A stretch of 64,000 bases of DNA from Paraspadella gotoi (taxonomy: Eukaryota; Animalia; Chaetognatha), in assembly GCA_051294375.1 (NCBI GenBank), contig CM119264.1:27229340-27293339 (forward strand). Direction: 5' to 3'. Shown here in pieces: positions 18,404-33,653 of this stretch. The notes beneath the pieces were generated by a model. The model did no database searches and was not told the origin of the DNA. It saw only the letters and a list, made by a program, of their open reading frames with translations. How positions within the stretch are numbered: position 1 is the first letter of the stretch; each line of letters starts with the position of its first letter. The position numbers were made by a program, and so were the translations under genes.

Positions 18404-19942
18404 ATGTGCGGTCGAACGGCGTGTACTCTTGCTCCGGACGAGCTCGTCCGAAGATGCACGTACTCGTCCAAAAGCGGGAAGCGACGACATCCCAAGTGGG
18501 TCGACAACGCGCATCAAGGCCACGGCTACACCACCTCCTACAATAAAGCTCCTGGCAGCGTCTGTCCCGTTATGGTGTCGAGAAGGCATTTGCCAAAAGA
18601 TAAATCGGAGAAACCGGGCATTGAGGACGAGGCTAAGGAATCGGGAAAGGAAACCGAAGCAGAAACCGACGAAGTTTGCCTCTTTCCGATGCTGTGGGGC
18701 CTGGTGCCGCCATGGCATGACGGTCCGCCGCAGAAAACTGGGCTATCAACATCTAACTGCAGGTAATAATTAAACTACACAAATGGTATTTTAGACTTTT
18801 AATTTTATCCCACCTTTTTTTAGGGCGGAAGGCATGCTGGAAAAGCGTACCTTCGCTGAGCCCTTTCGTCGAGGGCAGAGATGCGTCGTCGTCATCGACG
18901 GGTTTTACGAATGGAAGGCGCCGGAAGCTAAGAAGCCAAAATTGACGACGGGGACGGTTAAGAAACAGCCTTACTTTATTTTCGCTGCGTCGGTGAGTTT
19001 AAACGCAATGGCGCGAGAAATTCTGACTGGAGATCATTGTGCAATTGTCCAATACGCTATTTCTCTGTGGGTTTATAAGTATTTTCAATAACTCAGGAAA
19101 CATCCGAAGAAGTTGTCAAAAAAGAACCCGAAGATTCCATCGTCGACTCGAAGACAAAAGCCTCGACTGACGACGCCGATTCAGCGGAAAAGGGCGGCGC
19201 CAAATCCGACGCCGTCGAATCCGTCGACGCCGTCTCTTTCTCCCCCAAAAAAGCTGCTCCCACCCCCGCATCCCCTTCTCGTCCACTAATGATGGCCGGC
19301 CTCTTCTCCGTCCGTTCTCCTCGAGAAGGCGAAGGGCGAGACCCGCATCACTCCCTCTACTCTTACTCTGTGGTGACGGTGTCGTCGTCGTCGAAACTGA
19401 ACTGGCTGCACGAGAGGCAGCCGGCTGTGCTGACCGACGACGAGGAGGTTCAAAGGTTAAAAGTTTAATCGATGGGATAAACCTCATCGAAACTTTAATC
19501 TCACCCTCTTCACTTTACCCAGATGGCTTTCCGAGGGGGAGTTGTCAGGTGACGATTTGAAGAAGCTTATTCGACCTGTGACTTCCCTGCAGTACTATCC
19601 CGTCTCCACTTTGGTCAATAGCGCTGTCAACAACGACCCCAAGGTTCCTTACAAGAATTTAAAATAAGTGCCGTTTTTGGGCCGTTTTTAAATTGTTTTC
19701 GTTTTCTATAGTGTATGGAACCCATAGACCTGAAAGCCGAAGAAGAAAAGGCGAAACCCAAGCCGAATACCCTCACCAACTGGCTTATCAAAAGCGGCGG
19801 CAGCAGCGGCAGCGGCGAGAAAGGAAAACCGGAAGAGAAAAAACCGAAAGACATGATGTCTAGTTGGCTGGAGAAGGGAAAGCGAAAAATCTCAGATGAG
19901 GAATCTGGCGAATATGCCAAAAAAGCTAAGAACGACGATTAG
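18404..19942 (+). CDS. HMCES: Abasic-site processing protein (SRAP domain)
   Basis: MCGRTAC start with catalytic Cys2, MLWGLVPPW, RCVVVIDGFYEW, KQPYFI, WLHERQP. Confidence 0.95.
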
Positions 19943-20156
19943 TTTCCTTCACCTTGATAATAAAAGCATTTATTTATTATCCAAATTATTACTAAGTATA
20001 ATTGTTGGCTTTACCCTGTCTTTTACTTTTCTTTTTTTTCACCTACAACCCGTTTACAACATTTTGTCATAGACAGTTTATTATAGTATACTCTCGTCTT
20101 ATCGGTGATAGCATTCTTCCTCTTCATCATCATCATTTACCTTCGCATTTAGTTGA

Positions 20157-21463
<1,307 letters not shown>

Positions 21464-21668
21464 GGGGAGAGATTAAAATCTAAACTTTGTTAGGCTGTCA
21501 TTTCTTATGATGTTTCTTCTCTTTTTCTTGGAAATTAGAGAAGTTCTTTCCACGAATTAAAATGTCTTATTTGTGCCAATTTTTTTTTGGTAGTAATAAG
21601 AATTGTTATGGTCCGCGCCGTCTCGTGTTTTAAAGAAACGGAAACGACTTTTAGCGGAACCTTTTCTC

Positions 21669-24600
21669 ATGGGCGCCGAGGACGACGTGATAGCGGCTGC
21701 GCCAGCGTCTCATGATGCCGGGGAACCCATGGACGGCCTGACATCGGTCAATGAGGACAAAGACGCCCTCATCAAGGAATCGAGGGTGGCGACGGGACTC
21801 TCGGACAGCGAGGAAAGCGACGACGAAGACTGTGACGCAATTCCGAAGGCATCGAGAAAGGCGCCGTCTGGTTTGACCGACAGTGAAGAGGAGACGACGC
21901 CGACGGCGCCCATATCGCTGAACCGCGATCTTTTTGACGCCGATGACAATTCGGACGACGAAGCCGAGAGAACGCGAAGCGTTGCGACAGAGGGCGTCGT
22001 TGGCTTCACTGTCATTAAAGAGCGTGAAGAGACTACGACGACAAAGAAGAAGAAGAAGAGAGTCGTCAATAGCGACGACGACGACGACGAAGCAATCGAC
22101 GAGTCTTCGACTTTAAAATATGGCGCCGAGCCAGCCGCTATTGACTCAGACGATTCTGATTCGCCTCAAATCACGCTCAAATCCGCCGCGAAAAAAAGCG
22201 TCAAACAAAAAGCGCGAATGACGGGGTCGGATTCAGAGGAAGAGGAGAGAGGAAGCGTAAGTCTCACCTCGGCCAAGAAGAAAAAGGTGCGAAAGATAAT
22301 TTAATATCTATAGCTGTTGCTGCCTGCTGGAACTGACTCTTTAATTTATCCTATCCGATTTCATCGTCAGTCGAAAGCCGAGGAACTCAACGCCATCTAT
22401 TCGGAGTCGCAGCGACTCAAGCGCGAGGAGCGGATGTCTCTTCCTTATCATCGACCGGAAAAGATGAACGTCCTCGACTTTTTGAAGATGTCCATCGGTG
22501 GATCGCAGCTTCTGGGGACCGAAGAAGGTGAGGACTGAAAAGGTTGTAATGAATGAATGCTTTTTGTGATTTTTGAGCTCATCGAAGAAAAGATGGGAGG
22601 AGAATGACTGCAAATATTTCTTTTTTTATGGCAACAGATATACCTAATTTTAATTGACGTATTAAAATATTTATCGATATTTTCTCTATTTTTCATCTTA
22701 ACGTAAGTAACACTTTCTATCTTTTAGCAGCGCCGGTCTGCGTGGATTTCTTCAGCCCCAAAGCGAAGGAACTCGTGACCGAAAAACTGGGAAAAACGCA
22801 GACAAAAGCGGTTGCGGCGGCGACGTTGAAGAGCCCTGCAACAGAAACGGACGCGTCAGAGTTAAAAGAAAGGACCGAAGAGATAACATCGGACGTGAAA
22901 GCCGAAGAGAAAGAAGCCGGCGCGAATGACACAGAAAACGGATCCTGCTCCGCCATTGAGAATACTGACAAAGTTGTTGATGACGCAGATGACTCTCTAC
23001 CCGACATCGTCGTCGATGGAGAGAAAAAATTACGCGACGAAGTCGTGAACTCTTTGCCGACAAAGACTTTGGTCCGTGAGGAAAATTTTGGGGATATTTC
23101 TGAAAAAGATCCAGTCGAACCATCCTCGGATAATGCCGCCGAATCTCCCAACGCTTCTCAACCGATTTTATCTCTCAAATCTCTCGAGAACAAAAAATCC
23201 AGAGTTCTTCACCCTCAACTTCTCGAGACGAAGCCACGTCTCAGCGCAGGAGCATTCGGAGTCGTCAGTCTTGATGAAGATGACGATAACGACAGCCAAT
23301 CGGTTGGACTCGAGCTGTTTGAGAGGTTAGTACCCGTTGCCATAAGGCCTAAATTGTTTGGGTAAACAACTTTAAAACCCCTTAATTTCCAGGTTCGTTC
23401 GCCACTCTCGCATGGAGGCCGTGAAGAAAAACCGAAAGCATGTGGTCAAGATGAAGGTTTTGCGAAAGGCTCCGACACTCACCAGCGAGGATTCCCAGCA
23501 GACCAGCGACAAGCTTAAGTTGCAGGTCTGTGCGATGGTGCTGTCCACGATTTTTAATTTATTTTATATTATTAAATACTATTAAGTATAATTTTAGAAG
23601 TGTTAAGGACATCAATTGACTTCAGGAAATGGACGTGGTGGTAGGCGAAGACGACCCCGACTCCTTCGGCGCCGACGTTCACATCCCCGGCGCCAAACAC
23701 GAAAAACTTAAGGAAAAGCTTCGCGCCGACATGGCAGCCAAGCGCGCCGAGGCGAGGAGGAAGAGGGAAGAGGAAGAAGCTGGGGCGATGGAAGAAGAGG
23801 AACAAGAGGAAGAGGAGGAGCAGGTGGAGGAAAATCCAGAGGCAGAGCTGACAGATCAAACGGACACGGACGAGGAGGAGTTTGATGAGGAAGAGGAATT
23901 CAAGAGGAAGAAAAAGAAGAAAAAATTCGGAAAATCGGAAATGATTGACGAAGAGGTCGAAGTCTCTGGGGAAGAAGAAGAAGACGACGAGGATGAAGAC
24001 GAGGATGAACATGAGGATGAAGACGGGGAAGTTGACTCGAAATCCGAGAAAGTGGAAACTACTCCTAAAAGAACGCGAATCAGGCAAATGTCGAATTCTG
24101 ACGACGACGACGACGTCGACAAATACGATACAAATTTTGAAAAGGACAAGAAATCGATCAACGAAAAAGTGACTTCGAAGCCCTCGATGTCTTCATCGCC
24201 CCCGAGACCCAAATCCGTCTCGGACATCTTCGCCTCTTTCGGCAGCAAAAGCGACTTGGCATCCGACTTTGGCAGCCAAAGACTTTCTGACTTCGGAAGC
24301 CAGAAGCGCCTCTTCGCCGATGACGTCGTCGCTTCATCTCATCAAAACCGCGTCGACGACGACGAGCTGGCGGCGCTCTGCAGCGGCGCCTTTCCTTCAC
24401 AGAAAAGAGTGGTCGAACCTAAAATCGCCTTCGACTCCGGCGATGCGGCCCCGGACGGCGCGGTCGATGACGAGTTAGCAGCGCTCTGCAGTGGCGCCTT
24501 TCCGTCACAACCATCGGGGACTCAGAAGTCGTCAGGCGTGGACCCCTCGTCCAGTCTTAAACTCTCGTCTTCGTTGGAGGATGAAATCGGCGGAGAGCGC

Positions 24601-27600
24601 AGCGGAGCTTTTCGCTACTCGGAAGCTTCTACGGCTCAACTCAAATGTTCACGCGAAGACGACGACGACGAACTGTTGGGACTTTGCAGCGGGGCTTTCC
24701 CTTCCGTAACTTCCGCCGACTCGGCGCCTTCCGTCGACGTGGTTCCGAAGAAGGTCGACGCGGACGACGAGTTGGTCGATCTCTGTTCGGGCGCTTTCCC
24801 GTCGCCTAGCAACAATCCCACTAACTCAAATTCCAGGTCGCGGTTTTCCCTGGGAAGGGAATTAGAATCTTCGAAAGAATTTCTCCTCGGCGGAAAGTCG
24901 TGGTGAGAGAGGAGAGATTGGGTGGTTTAGAATCTGCTAGGAATGTAAAATCAACGCGACTACAACAAGTTAATATTTTTGTAGCAGCTTCGACTTTTCC
25001 CCTTCTTCGACCTCGCCCTCGCGAAAGGAGGAATTTTCCCCGGCGTCGTTTCGCGGCGCCACTCAAATCTTGGACTTTCGCCATGCGTTTGGTTCTCAGG
25101 GTAAGTAATAATTACAATTGGCAACTTATGATTCTTAATTTAATAATCGGTAATTAATTTTAGTAAAATTTAATTGTTGGGAAAAAATGAAGTGAGATCG
25201 ATAGGAACTAAAATACAAAAAGGAACACGAGATATTGCATCTTCTAAACTTTATTTAGGGAGGAGCAGAGTTGATCAACTTGAAACTTTACAAATGACGT
25301 CTGCCTTAAAGATAAGAAATAATATGAGACATAAGAAAAAGAATCATAAAAATAGCAATAATAATTAAGAATTCATTTTTCCGGAAATTTAAAAATAAAT
25401 TATAAATAAATTTAATATAATTTTTATTTTGACATTTAGCAAGTTATTGTTCAAATCTGAAAGCTCACTTGAAAGTTTTAATTTTCCGGCGAAGACGCGT
25501 CCGCAGTTGCGTCCACAAGTTTCTTCATAATTAGTTGGGCTTCGCTTCGATATTGATCGCACTCTCGGTTCATTATCTGCGATTTCGAAAACTCAGATGT
25601 CATTTGTTTAATCCGATTTGTCCCTTCCCGCTTTATTAGAGGCATCTAACCTGGATCAGGGCCATCGCCTCGTCGAGTCGCTTGTTGAGTTTAGCTAATA
25701 TGTTGTCTTTGTTGTCGTACAGCTCGGCGCCAGTTTTTGCGAGTTCGTTTTCAGTGATGTCGACGATTTTGTTCGCAAATATTCGACAGGGAAGAAGTGC
25801 AAAAGTGACAAAAAGACAGACAAAAACGGAACTGTTTTATGATTTGTGCCTCATTTTGTTTTAGTTTTATTTCCTGTTGCTCTTTGGTTCTTGTTATTAC
25901 ATTTTACATGACCATTTGGAGGCTATTATATTCCGTTGTAATATTTCTAGGTGACCCCGTCTTATCACTCAGTTGTGCATGGCCTTCCGCATAATACTGC
26001 CGACCGAAGTTTGTCCCATGCTTCTTCTACTTAGAAACCGCGAGAGTTATAAGCGGGTTTTTTTTTCACGCTCCCAATTATCATTACCAATTAGATATAA
26101 TTTAATCGCGTAATGGAGTAATTTATTTTTTTTGATCAAACGCTGATAAATTTTAAACTTTCGAGAAAAAATTTCTTTAAGACTAAAATAATATTATTTT
26201 TTTTTAATTCGTCTGTTTTTTTTTGTTTTTTTGTCAATATTTCACACCTTGATAGTCGATAAAATATCGCGATTTGCAATACGACGACTACGATAAATAT
26301 CAAGAGATTTCGATAACGATGGGACACCTCAGCGTATTTCTTTATGATCATCATGATAGTCCGATTTTCTGAACAAGTATTGATGTTAGTGAGTGCCGCT
26401 TTTAAGTACGTTGCGAAACTACGATGACGTTTTAAAGCGATAAGCGTTAATTTTTTATCGTCGCAATCGCTTTGCGTTTGCTGCGGTTTTGCACATAAGT
26501 GGCGTCGTCGTCGGCGTTCCAACTAAGCGATCCCCTTTTTCATAATTAAATTTGGGTGAATGAAGCTGAAAATTTATATACAGCTTCTCATCATCGAGGT
26601 CCTTGAAATTGGGTGAGGACAGTTATTAAATATGTTTTGTTTACATTTTATCAAAACAAATTTCCTCTATTATTTTTATGTCTCTTTCTCTCTCTCTCTT
26701 TTCTCTTTTAATTATATGTAGCTTTCTCTCTCTCTTTTCCCCAGGCTGATTCATCGGGAAAAAAAGTCTGCAGCTGGCTCTGCAGGGGCTTTCTTTCTTT
26801 TTCTCTCTTTTCTCCTGCTGCTTCTGCTGCTGCCTTTTGATTTTTTTTTCTGGCTGCCTCTGCTGATTCGTCCGAAAACGATTTGGCTTCTTTCTTTTTC
26901 TCTCTTTTTCTTTCTCTCTCTCTCTTTCTCTTTCTTTCTCTCTTTTTTTTCAGGGGCTGCGTATGCTGATCTGTTTATTTGACAATGAAAAAGTTTACTC
27001 CTGCTGCTTCTGCTGATTCGTCCGAAAACGATTTGGCTTCTCTCTCTCTCTCTCTCTCTGCGTTTTTATTAAAAAAAAATGAATTAGGATTGAACTATCG
27101 CAACATCGGGTTTTTATTTCGTTCTTTCTTCTCGTCACTCTCTTTATTTTTATTTTTTATCTTTTTTTCGTTTCTATTCTTTCTTGCCTTTCTATTCTTT
27201 TTTTCCTTTCTCTTCTTTCTTTCCTTTCTATTCTCTCTATTCTTTCTTTCCTTTCTATTCTTTCTTTCCTTTCTATTCTTTCTTTCCTTTCTATTCTTTC
27301 TTTCCTTTCTATTCTTTCTTTTCTTTCTTTCCTTTCTATTTTTTCTTTCCTTTCTATTCTTTCTTTCCATTCTATTCTTTCTTTACATTTATTTTTATCT
27401 TTTTTTTCTTTCTGTTTATAAATTAATTTTCTTTTTTCAAATTTGATTTTTTTTTAGTATCAAAATTTGTCTTGTGCGATTGCGACGATCCAATTGCTTT
27501 TAAGATTTTTTCCATTAGTGTTGACTGCCATTCTGAAAAGTCGAAAGATCCTATCATTTTTCCTTCGAGGCGAATAAATAAGATTTTTCAATTAACAGGC

Positions 27601-29915
27601 GACGCTTCTCCGTCGTTCAAACGCCCCTTCAGGAAGACCGAAGCCGATTCTCTCGATGGTGGATCGCTTGATCTCGGATCCGCCACCTTTTCCGACTCGC
27701 ACGATTCCGCCAAACTCTTCAAGGTTTTGTTTTTATATTTTCCACATAATTTTAACATCTACATTTTACACATCTACAATTTCATATTTAGTTGGCGTTG
27801 CCCGCCCTTGACGAAGCCGCTTGCGACGGTTTGGACGACGACGACGAGCTGATGGGCCTCTGCTCTGGTTCTTTTGCCGAAAAATCGGTGGCGCCGGCGG
27901 TGGCATCCGAGGAGCCCCCGGCGCAGGCGGCGCCGCCTGCGCCGAGGCGAATCGAATCTTCAGACGAAGAAGGAAACCCAGAAGGAGAAAAGAGGAGGAA
28001 ATTAAAAAAGAAGAGAAAGAGAAGGAAAAAAGCCAAGACGGTGGAAAGCGACGGGGAGGAGGAAGAAAAAGAGGAAGATGGGGTCAGCGAGGAAGACGAA
28101 AAGAGCAGGGAATTGGACGGAGCGGAAGAAGAAGACGAGGAAGACGATGAACTTAAAGTTTTCATGAAGTTGTCACAGCAGAACCAAGGATTGTCAAAGA
28201 AGCTAAAGGCGAGTCATTTTTTAAAGATTTAATAATCCGGATCCTCTCTCTGATAGGGGACTTAATTTAGATTTTTAAAAGACTACATATACATAAAATT
28301 GGTTTTTACATGAACAGAAAAAGATACAGGCGAAAATTCGACGACGTTATTTCGAGAACGAGGCCGAGTTGAGCGGGAGCGAGGCCGGATCCGACGAGAA
28401 CGACGACTTGAAGGAAGAGGACGACGTGATGGAGGCGGAAGCGGGTTAGGAATGGAAACGTCATCTGGTTGACTCGATCGATTCGTCAAATCCTTTGCAT
28501 TTTCCCTTCAGGCGATCAGGACGAACTTCCCTCGGACGAAGAACTACTCCACCAGATTGGCGGCATTCACGCCAAACGGCTTCGTGACGAGGACGCCCGA
28601 CAGTTGAAAGTTATCCAGGACATCGTGCTCGAGGACGGGGATCTTGACGCCGATGGCGCGCAGGGCAGACTGCAAAATTTTAGGTCAGTTTTTTTGGATG
28701 TGTTTATTCGTTGATGAGCCGATGAACAAACTTTTTATTCGTCGTTTATTGGATGCGTTTATTCATTGATGAGCCGATGAACGAACCTTTTATTCATTGA
28801 TGAGCCGATGAACGAACCTTTTATTCATTGATGAGCAGATGAATGAACCTTTTATTCATTGATGAGCCGATGAAGGAACCTTTTATTCATTGATGAGCCG
28901 ATGAACGAACCTTTTATTCGTCGTTTCTTCACAGATGGAAAAACATCGACACGGGAGAGGACGACGGTGACGCCAGGGGAGACGACGAGGACGACGATGA
29001 CGAGGATCCTCTCGTGGCGACGGCAGAGGCGATCGAAGCTCAAAAGAAATGGAGGAAAATGCAGTTTGAACGAGAATTATGGCTAAAGGAAGTAAAGAGC
29101 AAAGAGGTGCTACGAAATACGAGGATGGTTTGCAGTCGATATTGCGATGCCAGAATGGAGGCATTTCTCAGAAATACGTAGTAGTCAGTACTCGCTTCCT
29201 CATCAGGGTAAAGAGAACGAGGCCACCGTCGATAATCTCCTCGACGGTTCTTCCTCTTCTCGTCTTCTCGTCGACGACGACGACGACAGTCAATTCATCC
29301 GTCTCGGTTCTAAGATTCTCGACGAATCCTCCAAATCGACTCCGATGCGGCAATTCTCTTCTCCCGCCGCCGCCAACAACGCCAATTCTCGTCAATCCTT
29401 GCCCTCCAAGTCTAGCGTCTCGTCCACCGAGAATAGTCAATCGCAGGACGCGTTCCTCCGCGCCGCAGCTTCTAGGTGTTTTTTTCTTTTTTCTTTTTTT
29501 TTAGAATGGGGGGAACCTAAATATTTTTTACTCGAACTGAAATCTTTTTGTTCACGTGATCCTTGGCTCGTAAATAGCTTGTTTTGTGGCCCTAAAGTCA
29601 TTTTCCTCTTAAACGTCAAGGTGCGGCTCTATCCTATCCAAAAACGGCGCCTCAGACTTTTTCTCGGCCAAGTCGTCGTCGGCCGCATCACGAGGCGCCT
29701 CCACCGCCCGCCCCTCCTCTGGCTCTAACTTCGCCTTCAAGACTCTGTCTCCGGTCAAACGCCCTCTGGAGGCGGAAGAGAAGAAGCGCAAGTGCGACGA
29801 GGCGGAGGGACAAAAAGTAGCCAAGCGGCCAAAGGGTCCCCCGAAGAAGACCGAATCCAAGGCGGAAAAGCCCAAACAAAAGAGCAACAGCATTTTTAGT
29901 CTGTTGAACTGTTAA
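21669..29915 (+). CDS. CLSPN: Claspin (replication checkpoint adaptor)
   Basis: IYSESQRLKREERMSLPYH, PGAKHEKLKEKL, repeated ExxxLCSGxF Chk1-binding motifs, FENEAELSGSE, DELPSDEEL, C-terminal SIFSLL. Large intron at about 25101-27598. Confidence 0.92.
25478..27041 (-). pseudogene. Decayed antisense coding remnant inside the large Claspin intron
   Basis: Minus-strand helical peptide DITENELAKTGAELYDNKDNILAKLNKRLDEAMALIQ, a 74-nt GT-AG intron (25577-25650), then IMNRECDQYRSEAQLIMKKLVDATADASSPEN*. Upstream parts have in-frame stops. Confidence 0.4.
27170..27385. repeat. 18-bp pyrimidine-rich tandem repeat (TTTCTATTCTTTCTTTCC)
   Basis: Direct reading; intronic. Confidence 0.9.
28703..28927. repeat. 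31-bp minisatellite (TTTTATTCATTGATGAGCCGATGAACGAACC), about 6 copies
   Basis: GAGC(C/A)GATG cores at 28716, 28771, 28802, 28833, 28864 and 28895, inside a Claspin intron. Confidence 0.92.
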
Positions 29916-30056
29916 AAACGCGTATGCCTTTGAATATTCATCGATCGTGCCTTCCTTATAAAATTGTTATCATTAGTCGTTTGTTCGTTCGTTCAACGTG
30001 TTTTCAAACATGTTACTTGTTAAGTTTCTCCCACCGTTTCGATGGGGTTATTTTAA

Positions 30057-32469
<2,413 letters not shown>

Positions 32470-33653
32470 AAAGGCGAAATGGAGGAAAGAAGGCGTCGTG
32501 ATTTCGCGATGTAGCGATGGTGAACCCTAATTGGATTCCCTTTGTTTCATCAGTCGGATTACAACGTTTAACAACGTGCTTTCATCCCGTCGAAGATGCT
32601 TGTTCCATTCAATTGTTTTCTAATTTTTAATTTTAATCAAAATTAATAAATGTTGTTGTTGTTGTTAATGTTTTATTTTTTGTTCACATAGCCGTTAGTT
32701 TCTCTCTCATGATGCGACGATACAAACTAACCCACTATTTACTGTCGATTTATCGCGGTAGCAAACTCGTCCAATATTCAGTAATACATTGTAAGTTAAA
32801 CGATTTGGAAATTAAAAAAAAGTTCATTCCAATTTTGTATTCGCCATGTATTTATGAAAATAAAAAAATACGCAGTCGATCTGGATTCCTGCTCTAATGA
32901 ACTTGTAAATCTCATGTGCAACCTAAAACTTGTGTAGTGTGTACTTAAGCCATAGAAAAAAATGGTTAATTTACTTTTTTGAAATTATCAAATAATATAC
33001 AATAAGCCATATAATCCAGCTTTTTTGTCCAGGCCGGTTTTATCCTTGGTTGAGGCAGTCCTAAGTTCCAAGGCTTTTTTAAATTTTTTTTAACTCTCAT
33101 CGTACGTACTAGTCGGTCTCTTTTTGGAGATATACCAATTTCCCAAGATTACGAAACTCCTTGTATTTCTGTGCCATGAAGGTTTAACCCTCTAGTTACT
33201 TTTTGTAATTTCGTATTGTTTTGTCGGAAACGATTGACGCTCGTGGAGCGAAGAGCGAAAGAAACGGCGTTCGGTGACTCACCGCGTCGTCACGGGGCCA
33301 GTTGGCTGCAAAATGTGATTGTTTCTCTATTTCTTAATTCCCATCGTTATTAACGCATCTTTGTATGTTCTCAAAGTTAAAACAATTTCGATACTCGTGC
33401 GAAATACAATAAAAATACTATGATGTAAATAACATTTAAGTTGCTTTTTTTGTTATATTAAATCAAGCTAGTCAAATAAAAAGGGGGGAAAAAGTTGTCG
33501 ACGGAGAAGAAATGGAAAAAAACTGATTTTGATTCAATCCCGGAGAAACTCAAGGCGCGCGCGAGCGCCTGGAGTTAAGGGAAAAAAACTGTTGATGTGC
33601 GAAAAACGAACATATTCATATCGATCCCAGCTTTAAAATTATACCTCGTTAAA

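Noticed and set aside
26979-27446. Hydrophobic or KNRKER-repeat ORFs
   Set aside because: Translations of the 18-bp tandem repeat.
28703-28927. TTGATGAG...CGAAC units resembling tandem minimal hammerheads or a CRISPR array
   Set aside because: The core is UUGAUGA/GAAC rather than CUGAUGA/GAAA, helices do not form, and there are no unique spacers; it is an ordinary minisatellite.
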